From: Hemiscyllium ocellatum
Taxonomy: Eukaryota
NCBI RefSeq assembly: GCF_020745735.1
Contig: NC_083409.1
Span: 10,886,978 to 10,950,977 of the forward strand
Direction of reading: 5' to 3'
Length of the DNA stretch: 64,000 bases
In this document: positions 47,435 to 61,289 of the stretch, one piece after another
Layout: each line of letters begins with the position of its first letter
Position numbering within the stretch: the stretch's first letter is position 1
Translations under genes and position numbers: made by a program
Notes under the pieces: generated by a model
What the model was told of the DNA's origin: nothing
The model's database searches: none
The model's input: the letters and a program-made list of their open reading frames with translations, nothing else

Positions 47435-50400
47435 AATAAACAGTTTTGGAGAAAATATTTGGACTGAAATCTGATAAATTCCTAATCATCTTTATCTCTG
47501 ATTTCTAAAGGAGGTGGCCATGGGAATAAGGGATACTTTGCTTGCTGTGTTCCAAATTCCTGATGATTGAATTGACAGATTTGAGAGCAGCAAATATAAC
47601 GTCAATATTTCTAAAGGAGGCAGGGAGGCAGCAGGGAATTACAGTCTGCTTAGCACCAAAGAAGCAGTCAGGACAATACTAGAGTCTATTAGAGAGAATG
47701 CTTTGCCAGGGAACTTTGAGAAGTAAATTAAATTGAAAGTAATGACCATGGATCAAGTCAATACCAATTTATTAATGGCGAATGATTTTTAAGAATCCGA
47801 CTGGGAAATAAATAATGGTGAAGCAAGAAATGCAGTGAATTTGGATTTTCAGAATCAAGCCTAGTGTTGTGGCAATGCTACTCCTTCAACAAGGTTGTGT
47901 TGTCCTTGTTTTTTTTCATAGCGTTCTTAAAAGCAGCGAATCTGAAAAGTCTGGATTTGACTACTTGGGAATGCTTTCAAGTCTAAATTTAAAACACATT
48001 AAATGAGGAGCCAGCAATACTAGATCCGGTCCTGTGTAATTAGACAGGAATAATTAATGACCTCATAGTTAGGAATCAAATTGGAAGGAATGATCACAAT
48101 ATGGTTGAATTTAAAATATAGCTGGAGATGTGAAGATAAAATTCAATACCAGGGTCCTATTCATAAACGAGGGAGTCTACAACAGAATGAGGGATGACTT
48201 GGCTAAAGTCGACTAGAAACAAATACTTTACGGTGAGAGTTGACGAGCAGTGGAGGATTTTCAAAGGAAGTTTTCAAAGCCCTAAGCAAAAATACATGCA
48301 GTGAAAAGGAAAGACACTAAGAAAAGGGGAAATCTGCCGTGGGTGTCTAAGCAAATACGCAAGGCTATCAAATTGAAAGAGAAGGAATGCAAATTGGCCA
48401 AGATCAGCGGGAACCTTGAAGACTAGGAAAACATTAAAGGTCAACAGAAAGCCACGAAAAGAGCAAAAAAGAAAAGTAGGATAGAACACGAGAAAAAAAA
48501 CTAGCACAGCATATCAAGACAGATAGCAGATGATTCCTTAAGTATATAAAATGAAAGCGAGTGCCTAACATAAATGTTGGTCCTTGAGAGGATGAGAAGG
48601 AACATTTGTTATTGGATATGATGAAATAGCTGAGGCATTGAACAGGTATTTTGTATCAGTTTTCATAGTGCACGACGTTAATAACATGCCAGTGATCAAC
48701 AAATAGATGAGATTCTAGATTAGAGTGATGCTGGTAAAGCACAGCAGTTCAGGCAGCATTTGAGGAGCAGGAAAGTCGACGATTGAGGCAGAAGCCCTTC
48801 ATCAGGAATAGAATATTCCTGATGAAGGGCTTTGCCCGAAACGTTGATTTCCCTGCTCCTCAGATGCTGCCTGAACTGCTGTGCTTTACCAGCACCACTC
48901 TAAGTTAGAATCTGGTTTCCAGCATTTGCAGTCCTTTTTTTAACCAAAGAGATGAGGGTGGGTGAGGACTTGATTACAAGCATTATTACAGAGGAGGTAG
49001 TGCTGGGTAAGCTAATGGAGCTAAGGGTAGCCAAATTTACTGGCCCAGATGGAATGTATCCCAGGGTACTAAAAATGTAGCAGGAGAAATAGCAAGTGCA
49101 CTTGTGGTAATTTTCTAAAATTTGCTGAACTCTGTGGCTGTCCCAGCAGATTGAAAAACTGCAAATGGGACGCCGCTGTTTTAAAAAGCAGGTAGATAAA
49201 AGATGGGGAATTATAAACCAGTTAGGTTAATCTGTGTAGTCAAGAAGATGCCTTGACTGTATTGTCAAGGAAGAAATAGCAAGACATTTTGATAGAAATC
49301 GGCCCATTGTGCAGACGCAGCATGGGTTCCTGAAGGGCAGATCATGTTGAACAAGTCTTTTGGAAATCTATGAAGACATTACGAGCAAGGTAGACAACGA
49401 GGCCATAGTGGATGTGATGTATCTAGGTTTCCAAAATGCTTTGACAGGGTGCCACACAGTAGGCAGCTGCATAAGATAAAGATGGATGGCGTTACGGGTA
49501 AAGCATTTGCATGGATAAAAGATTTTTTGACAAACGGTAAGCAAAGAGTGGGTATAAATGAGTGCTTTTTTTTGGCTGGAAACCAGTGCTTAGTGGTGTG
49601 TCTCAGGGATCAGTGTTGGTGTTGCAATTATTCACAATTTACATAGATGATGTGGAGTTGGGAGCATGCGTAGTTTGCCAAAGTTTGCAGATGGCACGAA
49701 GATGAGCGGCAGAGCAAAGTGTGCAGAGTACTGTCAAGCTTTGCAGAGGAACATAGTTACATTGCATGAGTGGGTAAAGGTCTGGCAGATGGAATGCAAT
49801 GTTAAGAAATATGAAGTAAACTATTTTGTTAAGAGTACCGGTAAAAAAGATTATTACTTGAATGGTAAGAAGTTGCAGCATGCTAATGTTCAGAGGGACC
49901 TGAGTGTCCTTGTGCATGACTCAAAGAAGTATCATCTGCAGGTACATAAAGTAAATAAGAAGGCAAATGGTATTTTGTTCTTCATTGTGAAAGGGGTTGA
50001 GCTTAAAAGCAGAGAGATTATGTTGCAGCTGTACAGGGTGCTGGTGAAGTCATACTTGGAGTAATGTGAGCAGTTTTGGCTTCCTTACTCTCAAAACGAT
50101 GTACTGGCAATGGAGACGGTGCAGAGAAGATTCACTCTGGTGATTCCAAAGTTGACTGGATTGACTCATGAGGAGAAACTAAGTAGATCAGCATTATTTT
50201 AATTAGGATTCAGAAGAATGAGGAGAGTATCTTATAGAAACATAAAACAAATTAAGAAGAGAAGTGGTAAGAACGAAGTAGTGAGGATTGTTACACTAGC
50301 AGGTAAAGGTAGGACAAGACGGAATAACCTCAATATTAGAAGGAGCAGATTTAGGATTGATTTGAGCAAGAACCTCTTCACCAGAGGCTTGTAATTCCAT

Positions 50401-50600
50401 GGAATTCCCTGCCCAGTGAGGTAGTTGACGCGACTTCAGTAAATGTTTTTCAAGCTGAGATAGATATGTTTTGAACAATGAAGTAAATAATAAATATGGT
50501 GAGAGCGCGGGTAAGTGGATCTGAGTCCATGTGTAGATCAGACTTGATTTTATTGAATGGAAGAGCAGGAAGGACCAGTTGGCCTACTCCTGCTCCTACT
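47435..50600 (+). mobile_element. CR1 LINE, long degenerate copy (endonuclease tail through RT to 3'UTR)
   Basis: KFADGTKMSG, QRDLSVLVHDS and LQLYRVLVKSYLE, interrupted by a palindromic PLE insertion at 48712-48944. Confidence 0.85.
48712..48944. mobile_element. Fold-back (tail-to-tail) PLE-derived insertion with a 12-bp target-site duplication
   Basis: Arms 48712-48809 and 48815-48911 are near-perfect inverted repeats around a 5-nt loop. Flanks are caaatagatgag (48700-48711) and caaagagatgag (48945-48956). The empty site is present in the paralog at about 62520. Confidence 0.85.
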
Positions 50601-50619
50601 CCTTCTGAAAGAGGAGTGG

Positions 50620-51733
50620 CCAGTTCTCCCAGCGCAGACCCTCTGCTTTGGTTTGGTTGGACTGATTTTTCGCAGACTGGCTGCTTACTGAAAGCAGGCA
50701 GCGAGTTGTGAAGCTGTCAAACCCAAAGAATCAGGTCCATGCTGTTCCTCCCTCTCTCTGATATCTCTCCTGGAAGAACCTGGATTTGATTTTGTCTGTT
50801 GCATTTTCCATGGGATGTTTATGGGGATTGTTTCAGCCAGTTCGAACAACATCTTAGATTTAGATTACTTACAGTGTGGAAACAGGCCCTTTGATGCAAC
50901 AAGTCTACACCGACCCTCCAAAGAGCAACCCACCCATTCCCGTACACCTAACACTACGGGCAATTTAGCATGGCTAATTCACCTAACCAACACATTTTTG
51001 GACTGTGGGAGGAAACCGGAGCACCCACAGGAAACCCACGCAGACAAGGGGAGAATTTGCAAACTCCACACACACACAGTTGCCTGAGGTGGGAATTGAA
51101 TCCAGGTCCCTGGCGCTGTCAGGCAGCAGTGCTCACCACTGTGTGACCGTGCCGCCCAATGGCTTTGAACCATTTTCAGATTCTCAGTTGAGAACTGAAG
51201 TACTATTGAAGTCCAGAAAGCTTCACCTGGAAGACTAGTTGAGTAGTCAACTTTTACCCTTTTTAAATTATTTATTTATAAACATTTAAAACGACAAAAG
51301 CTGGGATTAGTCAATTTAATTCTACTTATTATGGAACTAGTAGCATGGACATGGCTTCTAATTGGTTGTCTCTCGGTATTGTCATCCCTAATCATTTTGC
51401 ACAGTAATGCCCTACATTTTTGTAGACTGGATTGAAAGTCAGTTCTTGCTCTTCCCATGTACCCACTGCTTATGAATTTCATTTGCTAACATAATTAAGT
51501 TAGGATAATCTGTTGGGTTTTCGGATAGGTTGTTATTCTGTATGCTATTCTCTTCTGTTTGTGTTTCATTCTGTAATCTTGAAAATAAATTCTGTTCTAT
51601 TTAAAACTAAGTGGTTTGACCAGCTGTATCAGTCCTGGAATATCTGCCTTACACCTACCTAAGGCAACGAGCAAAGGTTGGGTCTGCGCTGCTTCCTTGA
51701 AATGATTTGATGTGGTCTGTCCTGGCCCATAAC
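50620..51733 (+). mobile_element. Probable solo LTR with a nested HE1 SINE (50855-51158, minus)
   Basis: Non-coding, ends ...gtcctggcccataaca (terminal CA), and its 3' part recurs at 63790-63908. Confidence 0.45.
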
Positions 51734-51859
51734 AGCATGCGGCAGTGAGATCTAATATACCGAAATGGTTTGAGAATGGGAGAGAGCTGACAGGAAAAAG
51801 TGAGTCAGAATAAACGGTTCCTTTTTTTTGGAGTGGCAAGCAATCACAAGCAGGATGAT

Positions 51860-52950
51860 CCAGGAATTGATGTTTGGCCCTCATCTATTCAGGAATTGGA
51901 TCAAATATCTGCTCGAGGGTATTAAATGTAATCTTTCAAAATCTGCTGATGGCAGCTAACTGAGTATTGAGTGGATGAGGCGGATGTAAAGAAATTCAAG
52001 GTGAATGAGACACGTGGAGGGAATGGGCAAATACGTGGCAAATGAACAGCGATGTGGATGGACGTAACATTGAGCACTTTGGTTGGAAAAATAGAACATC
52101 AGGCTAGCATTTCAAAAGGAATTGATGTGAAAATGTTCGTCTATGAAGATGCTAATGTGCATATTTTTGTTGACTTCTTCACCGAACTCCAAGGACCATT
52201 CAGGGCAGTGAAGTCTGAAGCCAGAATTTAATACTGGGATTGGTATTGACACGCTGCCCAGTGCACATAGACCCACCAAGTGGGTATATGTAACATTGAA
52301 AAGGATCTGGATCTCTCTTCACACCAGTCACTGAAAGTATTATTGGAGCAACAGAAAGCAATTAGGAAGGTAAATAGTGTGTTGACCTTCATTTCCAGGG
52401 AATTTGAGTCCAGGAATAAGGGTATCTTATTATTGCTGTAGAGGACCTCGGTGAGACCCCACCTCGATCATTGTGCAGTATTTTTGTGCAGTTTTGGTCT
52501 CCTTAACTAATAAAGGACAAACCTGACATTGAGGGAGAGCAGCAAAGAATGACCAGACTGTTCTCTAAGATGACAAACTTGTGAGAGCAGAGTTTGGGGT
52601 GAATGAATCTGTATTGCATGTGGTTTAGGAAAATGAGTGGAGAACTCGAGACATATTGGAAGCAGGATGATAATTCACCTGGCTGGGATGTCCAAAACAA
52701 GGAGCCACAGTATTAGATACAGTCAGGGCACTCTGCATTGAGATGAGAATAAATATCTGCACTCACAGACTGGTGAATCTGGGAATGTTATGCTACACAA
52801 TCCTGTGGAAGACAAGGGACTAAATTTCGTTAAGTATTTCTAGACACTAAAGGAGCAAGGTTGCAGCAGATGTTTGGTGTGGAGGCAGAGGATCAACCAA
52901 TGTTATTGAATGGGAAAGCAAAATTGATGGACTGAAGATCCTACTTCATA
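51860..52950 (+). mobile_element. Old CR1 RT/3' fragment
   Basis: Degenerate ..ggtgagaccccacct.gat.attgtgcag.ttttggtctcc motif (LVRPHLEYCVQFWSP equivalent). Confidence 0.6.
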
Positions 52951-53559
52951 TTGTTCCGATAGTTAATCACTTCAAAGGATATACAGTATGTAGTGTTTGG
53001 GAAAAAAATAATTGACGAGATGTTCGATCAAAAACTAGAATGGTGGAGGCCCAATGTTTCTGTGCAGTCTGTGGAAAAACTCTGTACATGTATCACAAGC
53101 TCTCAGCTGTTAAAAAGGAGGTAGCTGCAGGATCAACAGGACTGTGCTTCCCATTCCCTTTTCTGATACCGAGGCTGGTGTCAGGTGTTCTGTCCAATTT
53201 TATCCATTAAGAGCTCGGAACAGTTTGATAAAATAGAGTGTCTTGCTTGTCCGTTTCTGAGACCATTGAAGAGTTTATCACATGCCTGTGAGCCTGGAGT
53301 CAATCTTAGGCCAGAACAGGAAAGCAGGGGAGATTCACTGCCTTAAAGTACATTGGGAAGGAAACTGGTGTTTACATTCGACATTGGCTTCACTGTTACT
53401 GTTACTGGCAGATTTCGATATTTTATTAATTGATTTTAACTTCCACCAGCTGCCAGAGCGTCAATCGGGTCTGGATCCAATGATATTTCCACAACAGCAC
53501 CATCTCCACATGGGCACCGATCGGAAACCATACTGAACAGATTATTTCTGTGCTGCTTG

Positions 53560-53960
53560 ACAGCTCTGTCAAAAATACATCCCACATATTTCACTGTCGT
53601 GTGGGACTGAGGGGATGGTTAATAATCAGATTGTAATTATTCTCCTCTTACGGGACGGGGCATAGTTGAGTAATTTTCCACATTGCCAGGGAGATGTCAG
53701 AGTTGGAGCTGGAATGAAACAGTTTTTCCAGGGACACAGCTTGTTGTGCAGCACAAGTCTTCAGTCCTATGGCAGGAATGGTGTCAGGGCCCTTTGCCTT
53801 TGTCGTATCTACTGCCTTCAGCTGTTTCTTCATGTCAGGTGCAGCGAATCGTATTGGTTGGAGACTGGTAGCTGTGATTCTGTGAGCATCATCTAAGGAA
53901 CACTTCTGGCTGAGGATGGTGCAGAAATTGCATGCTGTCTTTTACACTGATGTGCAGCAA
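53560..53960 (-). mobile_element. L2-like RT N-terminal fragment
   Basis: LKAVDTTKAKGPDTIPAIGLKTCA...MWKITQLCPV. Confidence 0.7.
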
Positions 53961-54901
53961 GGTTCCATTCTTTTGGGGAACGGCAAAGCAATAACTTTGT
54001 GGTATTGAGCTGTTAGTCTCGCGACCCAGACAATGCTCGTGTGACCTGAGTTCGAATCCTGCCACAGCAGGTGGTGGAATTATAATCCAATAACTGTTTG
54101 GAATTAAGAGTCCAATGATGATCAAGAATCAATTGCTGGTTGTGAGAGAAACTCATCTGGTTCACTGATGCCCTTTAGGGAAGGAAGCTGCCATTCATTC
54201 CTGCTCTGGCCTACATGTGACTCCAAACCCACAGCAATGTATTTGACTCCTAAATTCCCTCTGGGCAATAAATGATCACTTATCCAGCGACACCATAATC
54301 CCATTGAACTTTTTTAAAAAAATAATATTTGTCGAGTCCTCTTCTTTCGTCAGTCGTTTCATAGTTCGACTCCATTTCAGACTGGCTGTGGCAGGACTGC
54401 AGAGCTTCTATCTGATCTGTTTGTTTTGTAATCATTTCGTCCTCTCTATCAGATGTTCATCCTGCTGTTTGCAATGTAAGTGAGTAGTCAAGTGTGGTAG
54501 CTTTAAATGGGTTGTCATCAGTTTTAGGTGCACACGGTTCTGACCCTGGTATTTTCACCCACACTCGTGACTGATACATCATTCAGCTTAATGGGAATAA
54601 TAGACTGAGATATTCTTCTGGGCGAAAAGTTACAGGTTGTGACTCAATACAATTCTCTTTCTGTCCAACTGTGATCTACACTATTACATGACTTACCAGT
54701 TTTGAGCTGCAACTTCTGCAATACAATTCTGCTGTCTGTCGCCCAATTAATACCGAGACCCATTGACCCACACCCCGTGAGTTACTCTGTTTTCTGATGT
54801 GGCAACACTTCCATTTTCATACTCTCATTCCTGTGAGTGTCTGTCTGTGATGTCACACCTCTTACCTGTCACGTTTCTCAAAACCTCTAAACATATTCCA
54901 T

Positions 54902-55235
54902 GGGGTGGCACCATGGCTCAGTCGTTAGTGGTACTGCCTCACAGCACTAGGGAGCCGGGTCCGATTCCATCCTCCCGCAACTATCTGTGTGGAGTATGCA
55001 CATTCCCCTCATGTCTGTGTGGGTTTCTTCCAGATGCTCTGGTTCCCTCCCACAATCCAGATATGTGCAGATTACATGAATTGGCCTTGCTAAATTGCCT
55101 ATAGTGTTCAGTGATGTCGGTTATGTGCATTAGTCAGGGGTAAATATAGGATTGGGGAATGGATCTGCTTGGTTTACTCTTCAGAGGATCAGTGTGGATT
55201 TGTTGGTCAGAAGGGCCTGTTTCCACACTGTTGCG
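54902..55235 (+). mobile_element. HE1 SINE
   Basis: ggggtggcaccatggctcag tRNA-like head, HE1 core and cctgtttccacactg tail. Confidence 0.8.
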
Positions 55236-56689
55236 ATTCAAATTCTAATATTTATCTGAATCTATTCCCTTCCAGCGGTGCCATTTTCGGTGTTTAAATT
55301 GAATGTGTTTCCATCTGTTTTTCTCCATGGTCTTCATTAAGAACTCTATAGTGACAATGATGCCAATTTTATGTCGTTTCAGAACCAATTAATTTGTGCA
55401 TCTCTCGTTGTTGCTCACTTCCCAGTGTATTGCGCTCCATGTTGGACAGGATGTTTGAGTAACTTTGACACAGGTCTTTGAAACTTGATCAAAAACAGAA
55501 ATTTCTGGAGAAACTCAGCAAGTCTGGCAGGATCTGTGGAGATCAAGAAACAGAGATAGCCTTGTTCAGAACTCAAAAGGATCTTCTAATCCATTGGCAA
55601 TAGTGGACGAGGGATGATGGGAAACAGAGTATGTGGAGGTGCAATACCACAGAGGAATGGGCTTTAATTGTGGTGGAAGAGAAACAGATGTAAAATATGT
55701 GTAAAATAAGTGTGAATTTGAGAAATGGGTTGTCTTTGTTTGGTCTGAAGTGGGATGTGGAAATAGCCCCAGAAGAAGGTCAGTGGGTATACCTTGGCAG
55801 ATATTCAAGCAGATATCCCAAAATGCTCAGCAATTATTGTTTCTGTTCTAAAAGAAGGACTCAGTAAGAGAATGGACTACGGATGGTTAACAAAAACTGT
55901 CAAGGATACTATTCAATCACAATTTGATGATTGTTCATGGAAAGACTTGTTTAGAATGTTTGTTTCAGGGACCATAAGCAGATTCTGGGCAGGAATGTCA
56001 GCTGTGCTTCCTAAGTTACCCACCAGAAAACCCTACCTTTGCTGCTCCAGCCTCTTCCCTGCACGTCTCCCCTTCCTGTTTCCAGGTTCTGCCTCTCCAC
56101 TGACAGAGCACATTCTCTCACATTATGGTCCCTACCAACTTCACCTGACGTTCTTTGAACCAGTCTAACTTCACTACACTCGGATCAAGCTGTGTTTTGT
56201 GCTGCCACTTTGCCTCTGGTCTCAGCGTCTCAGTGTGGCTCAGCCTCTCCATTCATGCTGCTTTACACCTCCCACTCACATCTCATTCAGGAAAGTTTCC
56301 TTCTTTGAGTAAACCTGATTGTAAATACCTCTCCTCATTTGCGCTGAATTTGCACTTTGATCCAAATTTCAAAAAGCATACTCAGCCTTCATCTCACTCT
56401 GCTCAAGGCAAGTGCACGCTGACTGTATGGTATAAGTATTCCCTTTCTTACATAGATCTGGCCAGAGATACGTTTTCACCGTAGAGATCATCATCACCTT
56501 TAGACAAAGGAATTCAGGTGTTTGAATTCTTATTGGCACTAGTAAGAGTTTCACGCTGCGTTAGTATTGTAACATGGAGAAAACCAAATCACGGTATGGA
56601 GTTTTGGCTGAGTATTGTTTACCTGTCATTTTGAATATTGTTTCAAATTTTCCCTGCTTATTTTTAAATGCTTGATCTTGAAATTAGTA

Positions 56690-59600
56690 CCAGATGGATT
56701 GTAAGAGGTTGAGGGGTGATATTATTGAAATTTATAAAATCATGGGAGGCATAGATAGGGTGAGTAGCCAAGATCTTTTCCACAAGATACGGGTGGACAC
56801 AGATGTGCAGCTTTATGGTGAAAGGGGGAAGATTTAAAAGGGACAAAGGGGCAACTTTTTCATGCAGAGGGTGGTATGTGTCTAGAATGAGATGACAGAA
56901 GAAGTGTGTTGGATGCAAGTACAGTTTCAACATCACAAAGACATTTGAACAAATGTAAGAATAAGAAACGTTTAGAGGCATATGGGCCAAATGAAGGAAG
57001 ATGGGGCTAGTTTATTTGGAAAACCTGGTCAGCGTGGGCAAGTTGGACCAAAGAGTCTGTTTGTGCACGATATGACTGTATGAATCCAGAAAGCGAGGAA
57101 AAAGGAAGAAAAGATACAATATAAGTAAATTGGCAACAAATATAAAAACAAGCAGCACGAGCTTTTCCGTGCATATGAAAAGAGTTCAAGATGAGTGTGT
57201 GACCTTTGGGAGAAAGAAAGTCAGGAAAGTATATTGAGGACATTTGAAGGGTGTGAATGGGGATCTGGAGATTGGGAAAAACAGATAGATAATTTACATC
57301 AGCATTTTACATTATTCCTTACAGGGGAAGGCACTGTAAGCATTTCAACGATAAAAACAAAATGGTAACAGAAGGGAAGTTATTGAACTTCCTCTAATTA
57401 AAGGAACAATGGTTTAAAAAAAAGATAAGGCAAAGGGTAGGCAGACCAGCAGTAATTCATAGTTGGTTTTGAAGGAAGTGGTTACAGAATGACTGGTGGC
57501 ACTGTGTGAAACATTCCATTATTCTCTGGATTACAGGAATGCTCCAACGAAACTGGAGACCCTCCAATGTGGCGCCTGTCTTCAAGAAACGAGCAAGTTT
57601 GAAAGCAGGAACCATTTAGCCTAACTGTTATTGCTAGGAATTGGTGAGATTCTGTAATTAAGGAAGGAATTGCAGGGCATTTAGAAAAGCTTCACGTAGA
57701 GTCACTATGATTTTGTAAAAGGGTAACTATATTTTGTCTGTAATATCATACAAATTTCTTTTCTGGTGATCACTGAGAATGTGATAATCGCACTTGGTAA
57801 AGGGGAACTGGTAGACTCGAAGCTTTCTGGATATTTTCCACCAGGTATCACAAAATAAAGGTTATTTCACAATACAGAGGCTCACACTATGATAGGTAAT
57901 GTTTTAGTATGCGATGAGTTGGCTAACACATAGAAATCGGAGGGACAGGATTCATCGACAATTATGATAAAAACGTACCTACTGGAGCACTAGAAATATC
58001 AGTTCTACAGTTTCAATTATTTACAATCTATACTGATAGCGTGACGATGGGAGCTGAGTGCAATATGCATCCGAGCTTGTGGATGACACTGAGAACGAAA
58101 AGGCAGTCTGTTATTTGAAGAAGAGGACTCTCAAAAAAGGAGCAGTACAAAGGGATTGTAGTTCTCCTGTGTATGAAACATAACAGTGAATAGGTTTGTT
58201 CATTAGACAGGTTTAAAAATGAAGGAGTTGATTTATTGAGTACATCTAAAATGGTGAGGCGATTATTCACTGTGGTTGAAATGAATGAGGTGACATTATT
58301 GAAACGTACAAGATATAGAAGAGGTTTGACACAGGCTGAGAGGGCTGAAGAGCCTGTTCTTGTGCTGTGATTTTCATTGCTAATTATAAATACTGGCGAA
58401 ATGCTGATACTTGAAATGAAAATGAAATCAAGACCAAATGTGGCACAGCGAATGTGTGGATCCGAGAATTTATAGTAGAGAACAGACAAATGACAAGGAG
58501 ACGAAACAGTTACATGCGTCTGTCTTTAAAGAGAAAGATCCAGAAAATCACCCAGAAATACCAAGTCACCATGGGACCTTTGTAACTAAAGAGTAAAATC
58601 ATTTATATACAGTTATGAGGTAGTATTTGGAAACAGAACTGGGATGAGGATCGATAAGTCTGACAGACCACATTTATTTCAAACTGAAATTTCACAGAAA
58701 ACAACAATACACATATTGATTGCAATAGGGACCACTGTATTTTTCTGTTTTCACTTTGGAAGGATATAAATGCATTCAAATGATTAACAAAGGGAAGAAA
58801 TTGGAGAGTGGAGGACTATAGGCCAGTTAGTTGTCATCCACAGTAGGAAATCTGTTGCAACCTATTGTAACGACTATCTTATTGAACACTGGATAAGTAG
58901 TAGCAACTTTCAAGAGAGTTGTTCAACATTTATGAAAGGGAAGTTATAATTTACAAATGTTTTCTTGAAGATATCTCTTATAGATATAAAGAATAGCGAA
59001 TCAGTGAATGTAATACAGTCAGATATCCAGGACCAGGTTTAATCAGTACATGCAGTAAGTTATCAGAAAACATTAAAGCAAAGTGTATTGGGAGGAACAT
59101 ATGCAAACAGGGGAAGGAAAGCATTAGAGAAACTATTGGAGAACATAGGTGGTTGTAGAAGGTTGTTTGTGTGACTGCAGATCGGTGTACGCTGGTGTGC
59201 CACAGGTTCCAGTGCTGTGCCCCAGGTTTCAGTGCTGTGCCCCTTTAAACGCCTTCATTTAAAAGGAATCCGAATACAGACGATGAAGAATCAACTAGAC
59301 TCAAAGTATCAGCTTGCTCTCTCTATACGATGCTGTCTGACTAACTGTGATCTTCAACATATGTTTGTTTCAGGACAGATTCAGCTTCTGCAGTAATTTG
59401 CTCCTACTGGAAGTAAAGACATTCTGCACTAGTAACACAGAGAGTTGGTTAGACTGTACCTGGACTGTACCTGTACAATTTTGATGTCTTGATCTAAGTA
59501 AAATAGCCTGCTCACATATACTGACTGGGCATTCTCCAGATTAATCTCTTAGATGGCACATTGGTCTGCTGAGGAGACTTGGTCTGGGATTAACGCGGGA

Positions 59601-60960
59601 ATATGTGTTTGAAACTGGGGAACGCTGATTGATTCTTATATGATAACTTCATGTCTGTTTTACTTGGCAAAGGTGTAGGTAGATACAGAATTCAAGAAAA
59701 TGGACTGGTAAGCTCTTGAACAGATTGATGTAAGATGTGAGCAAGGATTGATGGTTTTGGCTGGTATGAAACTGGACCAATCTCCAGGTCTAGATCAGTT
59801 ACATCTCAGGCTGGTGTTGGAGACAAGTGATGAAAGGCGCTGATGCAAATTTGCAAATAGAATCTGGTCACAGGTGAAGTGCCCGAGGACTGGAGAATAC
59901 TCTTTATAGGCAGAGTTGTAGAGTTGAGCAGGGAACTATGCACCAGTGTGTTTCAGATCAGCGTTAAATAAAATTTTGCAAAACATAGGTGGTGGTAGAA
60001 GGCTGTTTGTGTGACTGGAGAATGGTGTCCCCTGATGTACCACAATGATGAGCGCTGTCTCCCTTATTATTTGTGGTATTTATTAATGATGTCTGTGTGA
60101 ATGGGGAGGGGGAGTGGCAGCAGGATATGTAAGTCTGTGTTTGACACAAATATTGGCTGGGTGTCTGGCAGTGAGGAGGAAGTTCTTATGTTACAGGAAA
60201 ATACAGATGGAATGATCAGATGGGTGGATCAATTGAAGATGGGATGTAACCTGCTAAATATGAGGTGATGCACTTTGAAGGAAGGAACCAGACAGGAGAG
60301 TACACAATGAATGGCAGCACTCCCGGAAGCTCAGAGGGTGCTTCTCCATACGTCTGCGAATGTAACGGGGGAAGATCAAAGGTTACGTAAGAAATCATTG
60401 GAAACAGTAGCCATAGCCTTTATTCATCGTGGCATAGATTACAAGAGCTATGTAGCACTTGTATATTAGGCCAAAATGCAATACTATTTGGGGATCTGGT
60501 AGCCACATTACAAGAAGGATGTGATTGTTCTGGAAGGGGTACAGAGATTCACCAAGATGCTCCCAAGCATGGAGCATATCAGCTATGGAGAGATGTTGCA
60601 TATGCTCCATTTGTTTACTTTGGAGCAGAGAAGGCTGAGAGGGACATGATTCAGAAGCATAAGATTACGAGGGACATGGACAGGGTAGATAGACAGCAGT
60701 CGTTGCTTTTTGTCAAAACGCCAAGAACAGGGGAGCACACGGTTAAAGGGAAGGATCTGAGATTTAGAGATGATTCAGGGATTGTTTTTCACCCAGAGGG
60801 TGATGGGGTCCGGAATGCACCTCCTGAGGGGGGTGTGGGTGAGTTATCACGGGTCACCTCTCAACCATTAAAAAGTATTTGGATGAGCACCTGAAGTGTC
60901 AAACCATTTATGGCAATGGGACTGATGTAGGAAAGTTGGAATAATATAGATCGTGATGTA
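56690..60960 (+). mobile_element. Stack of decayed CR1 fragments
   Basis: Recurrent CR1 RT and 3'UTR motifs (ggtgtcccc..ggt.cagtgctg, tgggaaacctgg.cagc, KCEVMHFG equivalents). Confidence 0.6.
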
Positions 60961-61289
60961 ATTTTGATTCTACACAGGCTATGCTTCTGTGCTTGTATGG
61001 TTGTGGAAGGTCAATCATTTAACAGCTTAAGACAGGAAGTAATAGGTTTCAGACTAGTACATTAAACGAGCGTGAAACGCAAAAACTTCTCAAAGTACAA
61101 TATATCAAGGTGAAATGTTGGCAAAGATGAGTGTAGCTTCCTTACAGTCCGAAACTAACGAATGGCGAACAGGAAAATGGCAGACTATGAAGCAAGTACT
61201 TCAGTTCTGCCTTCATGAAAGAAAAAAAATGAAAATTTCCAAGCAATTCTTTGTCTACTGAGAACAAAACAGGAAATACAATCAAATCA

